NCBI GenBank assembly: GCA_049793155.1
Contig: JBARBN010000228.1
Coordinates: 14,644 to 78,643, forward strand
DNA: 64,000 nt
Source: Nitrospirota bacterium
GTDB taxonomy: Bacteria; Nitrospirota; UBA9217
Direction: 5' to 3'
Position numbers and translations under genes: made by a program. Positions 48,229-57,066 of the stretch are shown one piece after another (the stretch's first letter is position 1; each line of letters begins with the position of its first letter). The notes under the pieces are model-generated. The model did not search any database and had not been told where the DNA came from. It saw only the letters and a list, made by a program, of their open reading frames with translations.

Positions 48229-48479
48229 CTCTGATTCTCCCCACGACTGACTACGGGCGTTTCCTTCAATGTGTCCAGCGGCACCGCCTCCCCGGCCTTT
48301 GCCGCTGCAAGGACCGCGGCAAGCGTGTTGAAGAGGACCATCATGGCCGCTCCGGCGGTGAAAAAGACCACCGTATCTACGCCGATACTGCTTGAGTTCG
48401 GGTTGTAGCCGGTCTTGATCTTCAGGATTTGTCCTTTCATTTCCCCTACTTTCCTGTTTTGATTTTCTTTTTTATCCAA
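48225..48479 (-). CDS. Small membrane peptide (71-84 aa); its stop overlaps the start of the radical-SAM/SPASM gene (ATGA); candidate substrate or partner
   Basis: ...MKGQILKIKTGYNPNSSSIGVDTVVFFTAGAAMMVLFNTLAAVLAAAKAGEAVPLDTLKETPVVSRGENQR. One TM helix, no Cys. The likely start is the internal MKGQ preceded by AGGAAAGTAGGGGAA. Confidence 0.45.
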   Translation of the reverse strand: MDKKENQNRKVGEMKGQILKIKTGYNPNSSSIGVDTVVFFTAGAAMMVLFNTLAAVLAAAKAGEAVPLDTLKETPVVSRGENQR

Positions 48480-48504
48480 CTTATGCTCATTCTTCCCCGG
48501 TGCG

Positions 48505-49629
48505 TTACAGAAAGCTCACTTTATATTTGTACCGGAACGTATCGGCAAAAATGTCCATGAGCGCCGGTCCGTTGGGATAGTATACAAAGAATAGATAAAG
48601 CACTGCCGTAGTCATCAGCAGGGTCAGGACAGGGCTCGCCCACCGAAGCGCCCGGGACCGGGTCTGCCAGAACTTTCCCTTTGTCAAAAGCATAAGCCAG
48701 AAGAGGATCGTCAGGTTGAGTCCTGCGACAATGTAGACCACCTTATCAGGGATGACGATCGGATAGCCCCCGGTCTCTATGGAATAGTACGTCGGCATTC
48801 TGACGGCACTCAGCAGCACCCACACAAGCGCCAGTATCAGGAAATAGCCGATCGAGGACCGGGTCAGCAGTTTCCAGGGCCTCATCAGCAGGGCCGCAAC
48901 CCAGAGAATCACTACGACTCCCCACGCGACCCCTGCCCAGACTGTTGTCTCTTTCCAGTGGCGGCCTGCCGCTTCGTAGGCCGCCTGGTCGCTTGAAGAG
49001 AGTGTTTTTCCGTTGTTACCGGAAATGGACTGAAAGGCGAGATAGCTTTGCCGGCTCTTGTCCATGCGGGCGTAGGCGTATCCCAATTCGCTCAGCACCT
49101 TGTCCTTTAAAATAAATTCGGGATGGGCCTTCAGCAGCGCCTCGAACTTCTGCGCCATGACTTCATCGCCCTGATCGGCGGACAGGATCGCTTGATAGGT
49201 TTTAAAAGCCTCCTCTTGGTTCATCAGCTTTTCCAGAGAAGCCAGTTTCTCCTTGTAAAAGGGGAACTGACGGGGGTCGGCATACTTCTCAAGAAATTCC
49301 CGGTCCCATTTGATAGCCTTCTTTACATCGACGAGGTTGTTTTCGTATATGGTCCCCAGCATCTGTACGGCATAACGACGCTCCTCGCTTTCAGGATGCT
49401 TCTCTGCAATTTCCCGGTTTAAGGCTGCGGCCTCGGCGTAGCGGCTGTTGATAAATGCGTGCTGGGCCTTCTTCTTCAACGCATTCACTGCCGGGCTGTC
49501 TTGGGCCGCATATCCGGCAGGCGGTAGAAGTAACAAATTTATTAGGAGCGCAAGAATAGACAAAGGAACGAGCCTGATGCGCCGGATTGCGGAAAGCGTG
49601 CGCGACGGAATAACAGTTATAATTTTCAT
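48505..49629 (-). CDS. Membrane protein with a periplasmic TPR-like domain followed by 5 TM helices
   Basis: Signal/TM, then a helical repeat region (YAEAAALNREIAEKHPESEERRYAVQMLGTIYE...), then a hydrophobic C-terminal half. Confidence 0.5.
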   Translation of the reverse strand: MKIITVIPSRTLSAIRRIRLVPLSILALLINLLLLPPAGYAAQDSPAVNALKKKAQHAFINSRYAEAAALNREIAEKHPESEERRYAVQMLGTIYENNLVDVKKAIKWDREFLEKYADPRQFPFYKEKLASLEKLMNQEEAFKTYQAILSADQGDEVMAQKFEALLKAHPEFILKDKVLSELGYAYARMDKSRQSYLAFQSISGNNGKTLSSSDQAAYEAAGRHWKETTVWAGVAWGVVVILWVAALLMRPWKLLTRSSIGYFLILALVWVLLSAVRMPTYYSIETGGYPIVIPDKVVYIVAGLNLTILFWLMLLTKGKFWQTRSRALRWASPVLTLLMTTAVLYLFFVYYPNGPALMDIFADTFRYKYKVSFL

Positions 49630-49783
49630 TTTTTCGTCTCCATCATTTCAGGCCTCTGATGGTACTCCTTGTTTATTACAAGAGTATGACGATATAATTA
49701 TTTTTTTGTTACAGCGGAAACTTGAAGTGATATTGAAACGGGATAAATCCACTTTGAAAACCGTTTGTCTTTGCTGAAAAAAA

Positions 49784-49802
49784 GGGGGGCCCGAAGGCCC
49801 CC
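49784..49802 (-). terminator. Intrinsic terminator downstream of 49833..50411
   Basis: GGGGGGCC-cgaa-GGCCCCC. In the minus direction it is followed by UUUUUUU. Confidence 0.6.
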
Positions 49803-49832
49803 AAGAGCTCATCTTTATTCTTCACTAATTAC

Positions 49833-50411
49833 TTACACGGTCATCCTTCTGCGGATGCCGGCAAGGCCCATCACGCCGGAGCCGAACAGCCAAGCGGCTG
49901 CCGGGATCGGAGTTGCAGCCACAGTCACCTGGCTGCTGTTACTATTGATAGCAGCGCCATTCGCATTCATATCGATAGTAGTTGCAAACCCACTCGGATC
50001 ACTGGTCAAAAGCGACGTTACACCATCTGCCCCGTAGAAAGACAGCCCAAACGAGTTGTCGGCGCTGCCTGCGAGGTTAAGAGTAAAATGTGCGCCGTTG
50101 CCAAACGTTAACGCCTGGAAGTAATCGTTCCAACCAGTTGTGTTGTTGATTGTGACGGCGCCGGGAAGCGCTCCCGTGACGTCACCCGTTAAGATTGAAG
50201 CGCCAAGCGCAGCATCGGAAGTGAAATTTGAAATGACTGCGCTGGCGACGCCCGGATTGAGCCCGGGGTTGAACTGAAGCTCCAGATACCCGGTTTGCCC
50301 GGAAATGGACGATGTGTTCACGTCGAAATTGTAGGAATAATCCGCGAAGGCCGACGTGGCTGCAAACATGATCGCCGCAATGACGAGAAGCTTGATCATA
50401 TGTCGTTTCAT
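49833..50411 (-). CDS. Secreted protein with a VPLPA-type PEP-CTERM sorting signal
   Basis: Signal peptide. C-terminus ...VAATPIPAAAWLFGSGVMGLAGIRRRMTV. An intrinsic terminator lies downstream at 49784..49802. Confidence 0.65.
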   Translation of the reverse strand: MKRHMIKLLVIAAIMFAATSAFADYSYNFDVNTSSISGQTGYLELQFNPGLNPGVASAVISNFTSDAALGASILTGDVTGALPGAVTINNTTGWNDYFQALTFGNGAHFTLNLAGSADNSFGLSFYGADGVTSLLTSDPSGFATTIDMNANGAAINSNSSQVTVAATPIPAAAWLFGSGVMGLAGIRRRMTV

Positions 50412-50421
50412 TGTATTTCTC

Positions 50422-52179
50422 CTATTCCTGGTAGGTCACAGGGTTAAAGTTGATTTTGACATTATTCGGGTTGCTGAACTGAAGCGGTACGGTGATCGAA
50501 TCGCCGGCGGCAAGTCCATTGGCCGAAACCCTGATCATCGGTTCGCCGTTGTTAGAGCCGGTTGCATTGAGCAGCGTAACGGTGGAGATGAGGCCGCTCC
50601 CTGCCGGAGACGTCTTACCCGTTGCGGGATTCGCAGCGATCTTCGAGGCAAGTTTCGGGGTGGTCGTGCTGTACTGGTTGTCTGCATTGCCGATCCCCGG
50701 GAGGTTGAGAATACCGTCCAGGACAACGTGGATATTACCGGTGAGGTCGGAGGAGCCATTATTCGTGATCGTCAGGTTGCCGGTATATTTCCCGGTTGCG
50801 CGGCTGTACAAAAATCCGCTAGACGTGACGCTGACCTGCGGCGAGACATTGGTGAAGTGATTAACAACAGTCGTTTCAATCGGCGAGAGGGACAGGGTCG
50901 ACCCCCCGTCTGCAGCTGGGAACGTTGTCGACAAAGGATTGATCGTAGTCGAGCTCGCGCTGTTGACCTGGTAGGCGGTCATGGTGAGGGTCTTCCCCTG
51001 AATGTCGAAGGCCATGAATTCCGTAGAGGGCCATGCTGTGATGACATGCGGATAGCTATTCATGTTGGTCATATCGGGCTGGTACACCGGTGCGCCGCCG
51101 CCGCCGCTCGTGATGTGCGGGACGTTCAGGGCAACCGTGTCGCCGCCTGCCTGGGCGAGGGTATAGGCCCCGGTCCTGGCATAGTTGTGGCTGTGGCCGC
51201 AGTAGATCACATCCACACCGTACTGGGTAACGAGAGGCTCGAGCTGCCTCACGGTAGTGTCGTCAGCATCGCTTCCGGCAGAATAGGCGGGTGCGTGGTA
51301 AACAAGGACTTTCCAGGGCTTGGTTGTTGTGGCTAGGTCATTTTCGAGCCAGTTACGCTGCGCAGTGCCGACAGCGTAGGTTGAGTACTGGTCTACGAAG
51401 GTGAAGTGGACCGGGCCGTAATCGAAGGACCAGTACAGGTTGTTATAGTAAGGATTGCCGCTGGCATCCGTCAAAGGAGCAACTGTTTTAGCGGTCTGAT
51501 TCACGTACGGAAAGGGAAAGTACTTCGGGAAAGTGGCGCTGTACCCTGAGGCGTTGTCATGGTTGCCTTTGACCCCGTTGATAGGCGTGTTTGAAGTGTA
51601 GGCGACGATGTCTGTTTTGGTCGGGTCGAACCACTGGCTCGTCCAGTAGCTCTCACCGTCGGTGCTCACCCAGTCCCCATTGTGGATCGAAAGTCTCTGA
51701 TAATCCTCGTAGCCGGGCTGTGAATAGAAGGCCTTCATAGCCTTCACCATATTGTCAAAGGTGAAAGGATTGGTCCGCGAATCGCCCTGGGCTGTAAAGC
51801 GAATGGAGGTCACGTTCTCATCCGGCGCCGTAATGAACGACCCGGCGCCATAGACGCCGTTGGTCTGGTCAGCCACCTGATAGTAGTATTTCGTGTTCGG
51901 CGTCAGTCCGGTGATTGTATATTTGTGCTGATTATAGCTCCCGTACTCGGCTACCGTTGTAGTCCCCATGCTGCAAAGCGTATCAGTGCCCCAGCTGATC
52001 ACGTTCGTCGTCTCGCTGCCATTATCCTGCCAGAGGACCTGCATCTGGGTATTCTGCCCCGGGTAGATCAGGTAGGGGCTCTTAAGAATGCCGGCGAAGG
52101 CCGCGGTGCTGAACGCGGCAAAGGCCAGCACAAAGACCAGGCCGATCAAAGCCTTTTTCTTCATGGTATTCGTATTCAT
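50422..52179 (-). CDS. Secreted purple-acid-phosphatase-like metallophosphoesterase
   Basis: Signal peptide. An FN3-like N-domain. Metallophosphatase motifs FTAQGDSRT, IHNGDWV, GNHDNAS and YCGHSHNYAR (GHxH). About 150 aa of C-terminal beta-rich extension. Confidence 0.75.
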   Translation of the reverse strand: MNTNTMKKKALIGLVFVLAFAAFSTAAFAGILKSPYLIYPGQNTQMQVLWQDNGSETTNVISWGTDTLCSMGTTTVAEYGSYNQHKYTITGLTPNTKYYYQVADQTNGVYGAGSFITAPDENVTSIRFTAQGDSRTNPFTFDNMVKAMKAFYSQPGYEDYQRLSIHNGDWVSTDGESYWTSQWFDPTKTDIVAYTSNTPINGVKGNHDNASGYSATFPKYFPFPYVNQTAKTVAPLTDASGNPYYNNLYWSFDYGPVHFTFVDQYSTYAVGTAQRNWLENDLATTTKPWKVLVYHAPAYSAGSDADDTTVRQLEPLVTQYGVDVIYCGHSHNYARTGAYTLAQAGGDTVALNVPHITSGGGGAPVYQPDMTNMNSYPHVITAWPSTEFMAFDIQGKTLTMTAYQVNSASSTTINPLSTTFPAADGGSTLSLSPIETTVVNHFTNVSPQVSVTSSGFLYSRATGKYTGNLTITNNGSSDLTGNIHVVLDGILNLPGIGNADNQYSTTTPKLASKIAANPATGKTSPAGSGLISTVTLLNATGSNNGEPMIRVSANGLAAGDSITVPLQFSNPNNVKINFNPVTYQE

Positions 52180-52322
52180 CTCTTCTCCTTTTTTTTTATT
52201 TAATAATTTTGCTGATGCTTGTGACTCTTCTCACGCTCTGTATTGCCTGATAAACTATTATTTTACCTCCTTCTCACATGCAGTCCGGCAGTTAAAATAT
52301 TACCGCTGCCGGATGCAGTGCT

Positions 52323-53015
52323 CTATTTATCGAGGTTTACAAGTTTGGGGTCCATCAACGACTTGCTATCCAGGTTTGCCCCTCTCATGTTCGCCCCATT
52401 CAGATTCGCCCTGGTCAGGTCCGTCCCGCTCAGGTTCGCCTTGCTCAGGTCCGCCTTGCTGAAGTCCGTACTGCTCACATTCGCATTACTCAAGTCCGCC
52501 TCGCTCAGGTTCGATTTGCTCAGGTCCGCCTTGCTCAAGTCCGCCTTAGTCAGGTCCGCCTTGCTCAAGTTCGCCTTACTCAGGACCGCACCGCTCAAGT
52601 TCGCTTTGCGCAAGTTCGTCCCGCTCAGGTCTTGTTCTTCCAGATTTATTCCGTTCAGGTCCGCCCCATTTAAGTCCGCTCCGCTCAGGTCCGCTCCGCT
52701 CAAGTCCGCTCCGCTCAGGTTCGCGCCGCTCAAGTCCGCCCCGCTCAGATTCGCCCCGCTCAAATCTACCTCGCTCAGTTCCGCCCCGCTCAAGTTCGTC
52801 TTGCTCAGGTCCGCCCCGTCCAAGTCCTGCCCCTTCAGGTTCACCCCGTTCAGGTCCGCTCCGCTCAGGTCGCACTGGGCGCATTGATTGGTCTCTCTTA
52901 ATCTATCCAGATCAGGCTGCGCAAAACCGTATACGACGCTGCCTGTCAGAAACACGCAAAAAAAGGTTATCCCCAGCAGTGTTGCGGTCATCCTTCTCTT
53001 CATTTTTGTCTCCAT
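52323..53015 (-). CDS. Secreted pentapeptide-repeat protein
   Basis: Signal peptide METKMKRRMTATLLGITFFCVFLTG, then about 35 consecutive A(D/N)LSG pentapeptides (DLSGADLSGANLSGADL...). Encoded by 15-bp-periodic DNA. Confidence 0.8.
   Translation of the reverse strand: METKMKRRMTATLLGITFFCVFLTGSVVYGFAQPDLDRLRETNQCAQCDLSGADLNGVNLKGQDLDGADLSKTNLSGAELSEVDLSGANLSGADLSGANLSGADLSGADLSGADLNGADLNGINLEEQDLSGTNLRKANLSGAVLSKANLSKADLTKADLSKADLSKSNLSEADLSNANVSSTDFSKADLSKANLSGTDLTRANLNGANMRGANLDSKSLMDPKLVNLDK
52380..52900 (-). repeat. 15-bp-periodic tandem DNA repeat encoding the pentapeptide repeats
   Basis: Runs of GTCCGC(C/T)CCGCTCAG variants (for example 52675-52760: gtccgctccgctcaggtccgctccgctcaagtccgctccgctcaggttcgc...). 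Confidence 0.7.
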
Positions 53016-53041
53016 GTCAACTCCGGTTCCTGGAATAAAAA

Positions 53042-53073
53042 AAAGCCCGCCACGAATGAATTCGCAGCGGGCT
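53042..53073 (-). terminator. Terminator-like hairpin plus U8 in the leader immediately before the pentapeptide-repeat gene start
   Basis: AAGCCCGC-cacgaatgaattcgca-GCGGGCTT. In the minus direction it is followed by UUUUUUUU, then about 18 nt, then the ATG. Confidence 0.45.
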
Positions 53074-53285
53074 TTAAGGTACCCCTGATAGAGGGGCCTA
53101 AAAAGTACCCAATGATTAAATGACAGCCACTTGCTGAATGGGCGAGTGTTACTTCTGATCACCCATCGTGATAAGGTAAAAAAATCAAGTCTCACACAAA
53201 ACCACAAAGTAAAGAAACTTCGTTAATCAAGAGATTATCTTTGTGATCACTATTCGAATCATTTTTTAACACATAATTATTACAA

Positions 53286-53325
53286 GATGATGACCGTTAA
53301 ATTAATATTTCGTGAAATTGTCGTG
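53286..53325 (-). promoter_or_regulatory. Direct-repeat array F upstream of the pentapeptide-repeat gene
   Basis: TTATTACAAgatgaTGACC GTTAAATtaat ATTTCGTGAAATT. Confidence 0.4.
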
Positions 53326-53622
53326 ATAAATAACCTTTATAGATGCAGGCCTTGTCACCCTGAGTGGACGGGATAAACATCGAACATGGTGCTACTTGAG
53401 CCCGAGATCAGCGATAGTACTTTGACCACGCCGATGCTTTCAGGCAAACAGTCATAATTACCGGGCGTTGCTGGAGAAGACGGGATGGAGGGCATTGTTC
53501 GACGGAACTAACCGAAGAGCAACGTGGAATCATTAGCGGTATAAGTTCTTAGTCCGCTCCCATTGAGAGGAGCCGAAGAAGATATTTGTTCTGCTTTATC
53601 TGTCGTCCCACCAAACTACATC

Positions 53623-54312
53623 TCAACTTGGATTGCTGTCATCACTCGCCCGCTCTTCACATGCCGTGTGGCGAATGACCTTCCCTTTGACCATATACAC
53701 GACCATCTCCGCGATGTTGGTGGCATGGTCGGCAATGCGCTCAAGATACTTCGTAATGTAAGTGAGGCGAACAGCGCGTGATATGTTCTTTGGATCTTTC
53801 AGCATATACACGAGCAATTCATTGAAAATCTGATAGTTCAAATTGTCCACATAGTCATCAGACGCACACACCTTCATGGCGAGGTCGGCATCCTCTCTCA
53901 CAAAGGAATCAAGGCTGTCCTTGAGCATTGTCTGAGCCGCTTCTGCCATCCGAGGAATATCGATAAATGGCTTGAGCGGCGGTTCTTCGTTCAGCTCGAT
54001 GGCCCGCTCGCAGACGTCGACGGCCAGATCGCCCATGCGTTCGAGATCGGTGATGATCTTTATGGCGGTTGTAATCAAACGGAGCGTGCTGCCCGTGGGC
54101 TGCCAGATGGCAAGCAGTCTGATGCACTCTTCCTCGATCTCGACATCGTAATTATTGACAATGGCGTCGCCGTCGATGACCGTGATTGCCAGGTTCCGGT
54201 CCCGTTCAACCAGCGCTTTGACGGACTGCCTGATGGACTCTTCGACAAGGCCCCCCATTTTGAGGACCCGCTCCTTCAGCGCTTCAATATCCTCTTCTTT
54301 TTGTCTGGCCAT
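53623..54312 (-). CDS. phoU: Phosphate transport system regulator PhoU
   Basis: Two PhoU repeats with the conserved ...ITDLERMGDLAVD... and ...YLERIADHATNIAE... helices. Confidence 0.85.
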   Translation of the reverse strand: MARQKEEDIEALKERVLKMGGLVEESIRQSVKALVERDRNLAITVIDGDAIVNNYDVEIEEECIRLLAIWQPTGSTLRLITTAIKIITDLERMGDLAVDVCERAIELNEEPPLKPFIDIPRMAEAAQTMLKDSLDSFVREDADLAMKVCASDDYVDNLNYQIFNELLVYMLKDPKNISRAVRLTYITKYLERIADHATNIAEMVVYMVKGKVIRHTACEERASDDSNPS

Positions 54313-54405
54313 TCAGTACTCCCTCTTTGTAATTGAAGCATTATAAGAATACGGATTGAATAAAATCAAAGCACCGCCAAGCATTCGTCGTTCAACCTTT
54401 TCCGT

Positions 54406-55170
54406 TTAACCGAACCTTCCCGTTATATAATCGTCGGTTTGCTTATTGTCCGGGTTCGTAAAGATCTTCTCCGTGGTCGCGTACTCGATCAGTTCGCCCA
54501 TATACAGCAGGCCTGTCATGTCCGATACGCGGGCTGCCTGCTGCATGTTGTGAGTGACGATGATGATCGTAACATCCTTTTTCAACGACACGACAAGTTC
54601 CTCGATCTTGGCCGTTGAAATCGGGTCCAGCGCCGAGGTGGGCTCATCAAAGAGGAGGACTTCCGGTTCAACGGCCAGGGCCCGTGCAATGACAAGACGC
54701 TGCTGTTGTCCTCCGGACAACTCATAGGCGCTCTCATTCAGCTTGTCCCTGACTTCCGTCCAGAGCGCCGCGTGTTTGAGCGCATCTTCGATCCGCCCGA
54801 CGAGTTCCGATTTGTTCCTGATGCCTCTCAATCTGAGTCCATATGCTATGTTCTCGGCAATGCTCATGGGAAACGGCGTCGGCTTCTGGAATACCATTCC
54901 GATTCGGCTGCGTAGATGGATGAGGTCAATGTCATGCGCCAGAATATTCTTGTCCTGGAAGTGGATCTCCCCCTCATACCGGTGTTTCGGATACAGGTCA
55001 TGCATTCGGTTAAAGCATCTGAGCAGCGTCGTTTTGCCGCAGCCGGACGGACCGATCAAGGCGGTAACCTTTTCCTTATAGATCGTCAGCGATATATTCT
55101 GAAGGGCGTGAATATCTCCGTTATAGTAAAAATCCAGGTTTTTGACCTCGATCTCTCTCGTTGCTGTCAC
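54406..55170 (-). CDS. pstB: Phosphate ABC transporter ATP-binding protein PstB
   Basis: Walker [13 protein letters not shown] signature [14 protein letters not shown], Walker [13 protein letters not shown] and a PstB-like C-terminus. Confidence 0.9.
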   Translation of the reverse strand: MTATREIEVKNLDFYYNGDIHALQNISLTIYKEKVTALIGPSGCGKTTLLRCFNRMHDLYPKHRYEGEIHFQDKNILAHDIDLIHLRSRIGMVFQKPTPFPMSIAENIAYGLRLRGIRNKSELVGRIEDALKHAALWTEVRDKLNESAYELSGGQQQRLVIARALAVEPEVLLFDEPTSALDPISTAKIEELVVSLKKDVTIIIVTHNMQQAARVSDMTGLLYMGELIEYATTEKIFTNPDNKQTDDYITGRFG

Positions 55171-56009
55171 TGCTTATACCTCCACTTTAAGATGAGTCTT
55201 CCGGCAATAGTAAGCATGAGAATAAAAAGGGTTATGACCAATGCCGCGCCCCATGCCTGGGAATGCCAGCTTTTATAGGGCCCCATGGCATACTGGAAGA
55301 TAGTGACCGTCAGCGACGCGATAGGCCGGTTCATGTCCGTTGAAAAAAAATTATTGTTGAACGAGGTAAACAGGAGCGGCGCGGTTTCACCCGCGACCCG
55401 GGCGATGGACAGCAGAATACCGGTCAGTATGCCGGTGGCCGCGCCGCGGTACACGACCTGGACGATCACCTTGTAATAGGGAGCGCCGAGGGCAAACGCC
55501 GCTTCCCGCAACGTCCAGGGCACCAGTGACAGCATGTCCTCCGTTGTCCTGAGCACCACCGGGATCATGATGATCGAGAGCGCGAACGCCCCCGCCCAGC
55601 CGCTGAAATGATGGAGCGGTCTGACAAGGATCGCGTACACAAAAGCGCCGACCACAATGGAAGGAATGCTGACCATGATGTCGGAAATAATACTGATTAT
55701 CCTCGCGATCGTTCTTCCCCGGGCATACTCGGCCAGAAAGGTCCCGCCGAGAACGCCGACCGGAACCCCGATTAACGTGGCGGCCAGGGTAATCATCAGT
55801 TGCCCGATAAAAGCGTTTTTTAAGCCCCCGCCTTCAACACCTGCAGGTGCAGGATCATTGAAGAACAGGCTTAAGTGCAACGCGCCCAGGCCATGGATGA
55901 GAACGTCGGCCAGGATATACACAAGCCAGAAGAGACCCGTTGCCGCGGCAAGACCGCTCAGCGTCAGCGCGACGAAGCTCTCTATCTTTCTTTTTTTCTC
56001 GACGTTCAT
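55167..56009 (-). CDS. pstA: Phosphate ABC transporter permease PstA
   Basis: Six TM helices. EAA-like loop ...[18 protein letters not shown]. Its stop overlaps pstB. Confidence 0.85.
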   Translation of the reverse strand: MNVEKKRKIESFVALTLSGLAAATGLFWLVYILADVLIHGLGALHLSLFFNDPAPAGVEGGGLKNAFIGQLMITLAATLIGVPVGVLGGTFLAEYARGRTIARIISIISDIMVSIPSIVVGAFVYAILVRPLHHFSGWAGAFALSIIMIPVVLRTTEDMLSLVPWTLREAAFALGAPYYKVIVQVVYRGAATGILTGILLSIARVAGETAPLLFTSFNNNFFSTDMNRPIASLTVTIFQYAMGPYKSWHSQAWGAALVITLFILMLTIAGRLILKWRYKQ

Positions 56010-56947
56010 CGTGAATACTTTCTCTCTGCCTTCAGAAGAAAGAATTTGGATATCGCAAGGATGATAAAACTCATCGCGAACAGTATGAGCGCGAGATAAA
56101 AGAGTGACGAGAGATAGAGGTCGCTGTCAGCTTCCGTAAATTCGTTCGCAAGGCTCACCGTTATGGTGGAGGCAGCGTCGAGAAGCGACGTGGCGATCTT
56201 GTGATTGTTCCCGAGCACGAAGGCTACCGCCATGGTCTCGCCCAGCGCCCGGCCCAGGGACAGTGCTACGCCCCCAAACACGCCGAGCTTAGAATAGGGA
56301 AGCACCACGTTTTTGACCACTTCCCACTGAGTCGCCCCGATAGCATAGGCCGACTCCTTGACCACGGAGGGGGTCAGATTGAATGAATCACGCGCGATGC
56401 TCGCCGTGAACGGAATGATCATAATGGCGAGGATAACACTCGCCGTCAGCAGGTCGATGCCCATGGGAGTGCCCTTGAACAGAATGCCGACGAGGGGCAG
56501 CTGTCCGATGGTGTTCTGGAGCGCTGGTTCGATATACTTAGACATGATCGGAGCAAGGGCGAACAGCCCCCACATGCCATAGATGATGCTCGGGATTGCG
56601 GCAAGTAGTTCTATTGCGATGCCGATGGGACCCTTCAGAAAATTGGGCGCGATTTCTGTGACAAAGATGGCGATACCGATGGCGGTGGGTATGGCGAAGA
56701 GCAGGGCCAGGCCGGTCGTGAGGAATGTGCCGTAAATTGTGGTTGCCGCGCCGAACATTCCGGTCACGGGATTCCACGCCGTCGAGGTCAGAAATTCAAT
56801 CAGCCCGAACTTCCCGATCGCGAGTGAGGACTCCTGCAAAAGCACGGTGATGATGCCGATAATAAAGATGATGACGGTAAAGGAGGCGATTGCAGTGAGG
56901 GAGAGAAAGAGCATCTCAGGGATGTTTTTTTTCGACAATATGGCCAA
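56006..56947 (-). CDS. pstC: Phosphate ABC transporter permease PstC
   Basis: Six TM helices. ESAYAIGATQWEVVKNVVLP loop. Its stop overlaps pstA. Confidence 0.85.
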   Translation of the reverse strand: MAILSKKNIPEMLFLSLTAIASFTVIIFIIGIITVLLQESSLAIGKFGLIEFLTSTAWNPVTGMFGAATTIYGTFLTTGLALLFAIPTAIGIAIFVTEIAPNFLKGPIGIAIELLAAIPSIIYGMWGLFALAPIMSKYIEPALQNTIGQLPLVGILFKGTPMGIDLLTASVILAIMIIPFTASIARDSFNLTPSVVKESAYAIGATQWEVVKNVVLPYSKLGVFGGVALSLGRALGETMAVAFVLGNNHKIATSLLDAASTITVSLANEFTEADSDLYLSSLFYLALILFAMSFIILAISKFFLLKAERKYSR

Positions 56948-57066
56948 TGCATGGACCTTTCCGCATTAACGAACGATTCCCAACAAAACGTAAACGGGTC
57001 AGGCATCATTGGTATAGATACCTGACCCGCTTATTTCAATCTATTTCTTATCTATCGGACTGACGT

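Noticed and set aside
50356-51336. Plus-strand ORF of 326 aa
   Set aside because: Antisense to the purple-acid-phosphatase gene, whose metallophosphatase motifs are clear on the minus strand.
52243-52887. Plus-strand ORF of 214 aa with LRSAPLK repeats
   Set aside because: Mirror-image artefact of the 15-bp tandem repeats that encode the pentapeptide protein on the minus strand.
52380-52900. Possible CRISPR-like periodic repeats
   Set aside because: The period is 15 bp, the repeats are contiguous with no spacers, and they lie in frame inside a pentapeptide-repeat CDS. No CRISPR array or cas gene is present anywhere in the window.
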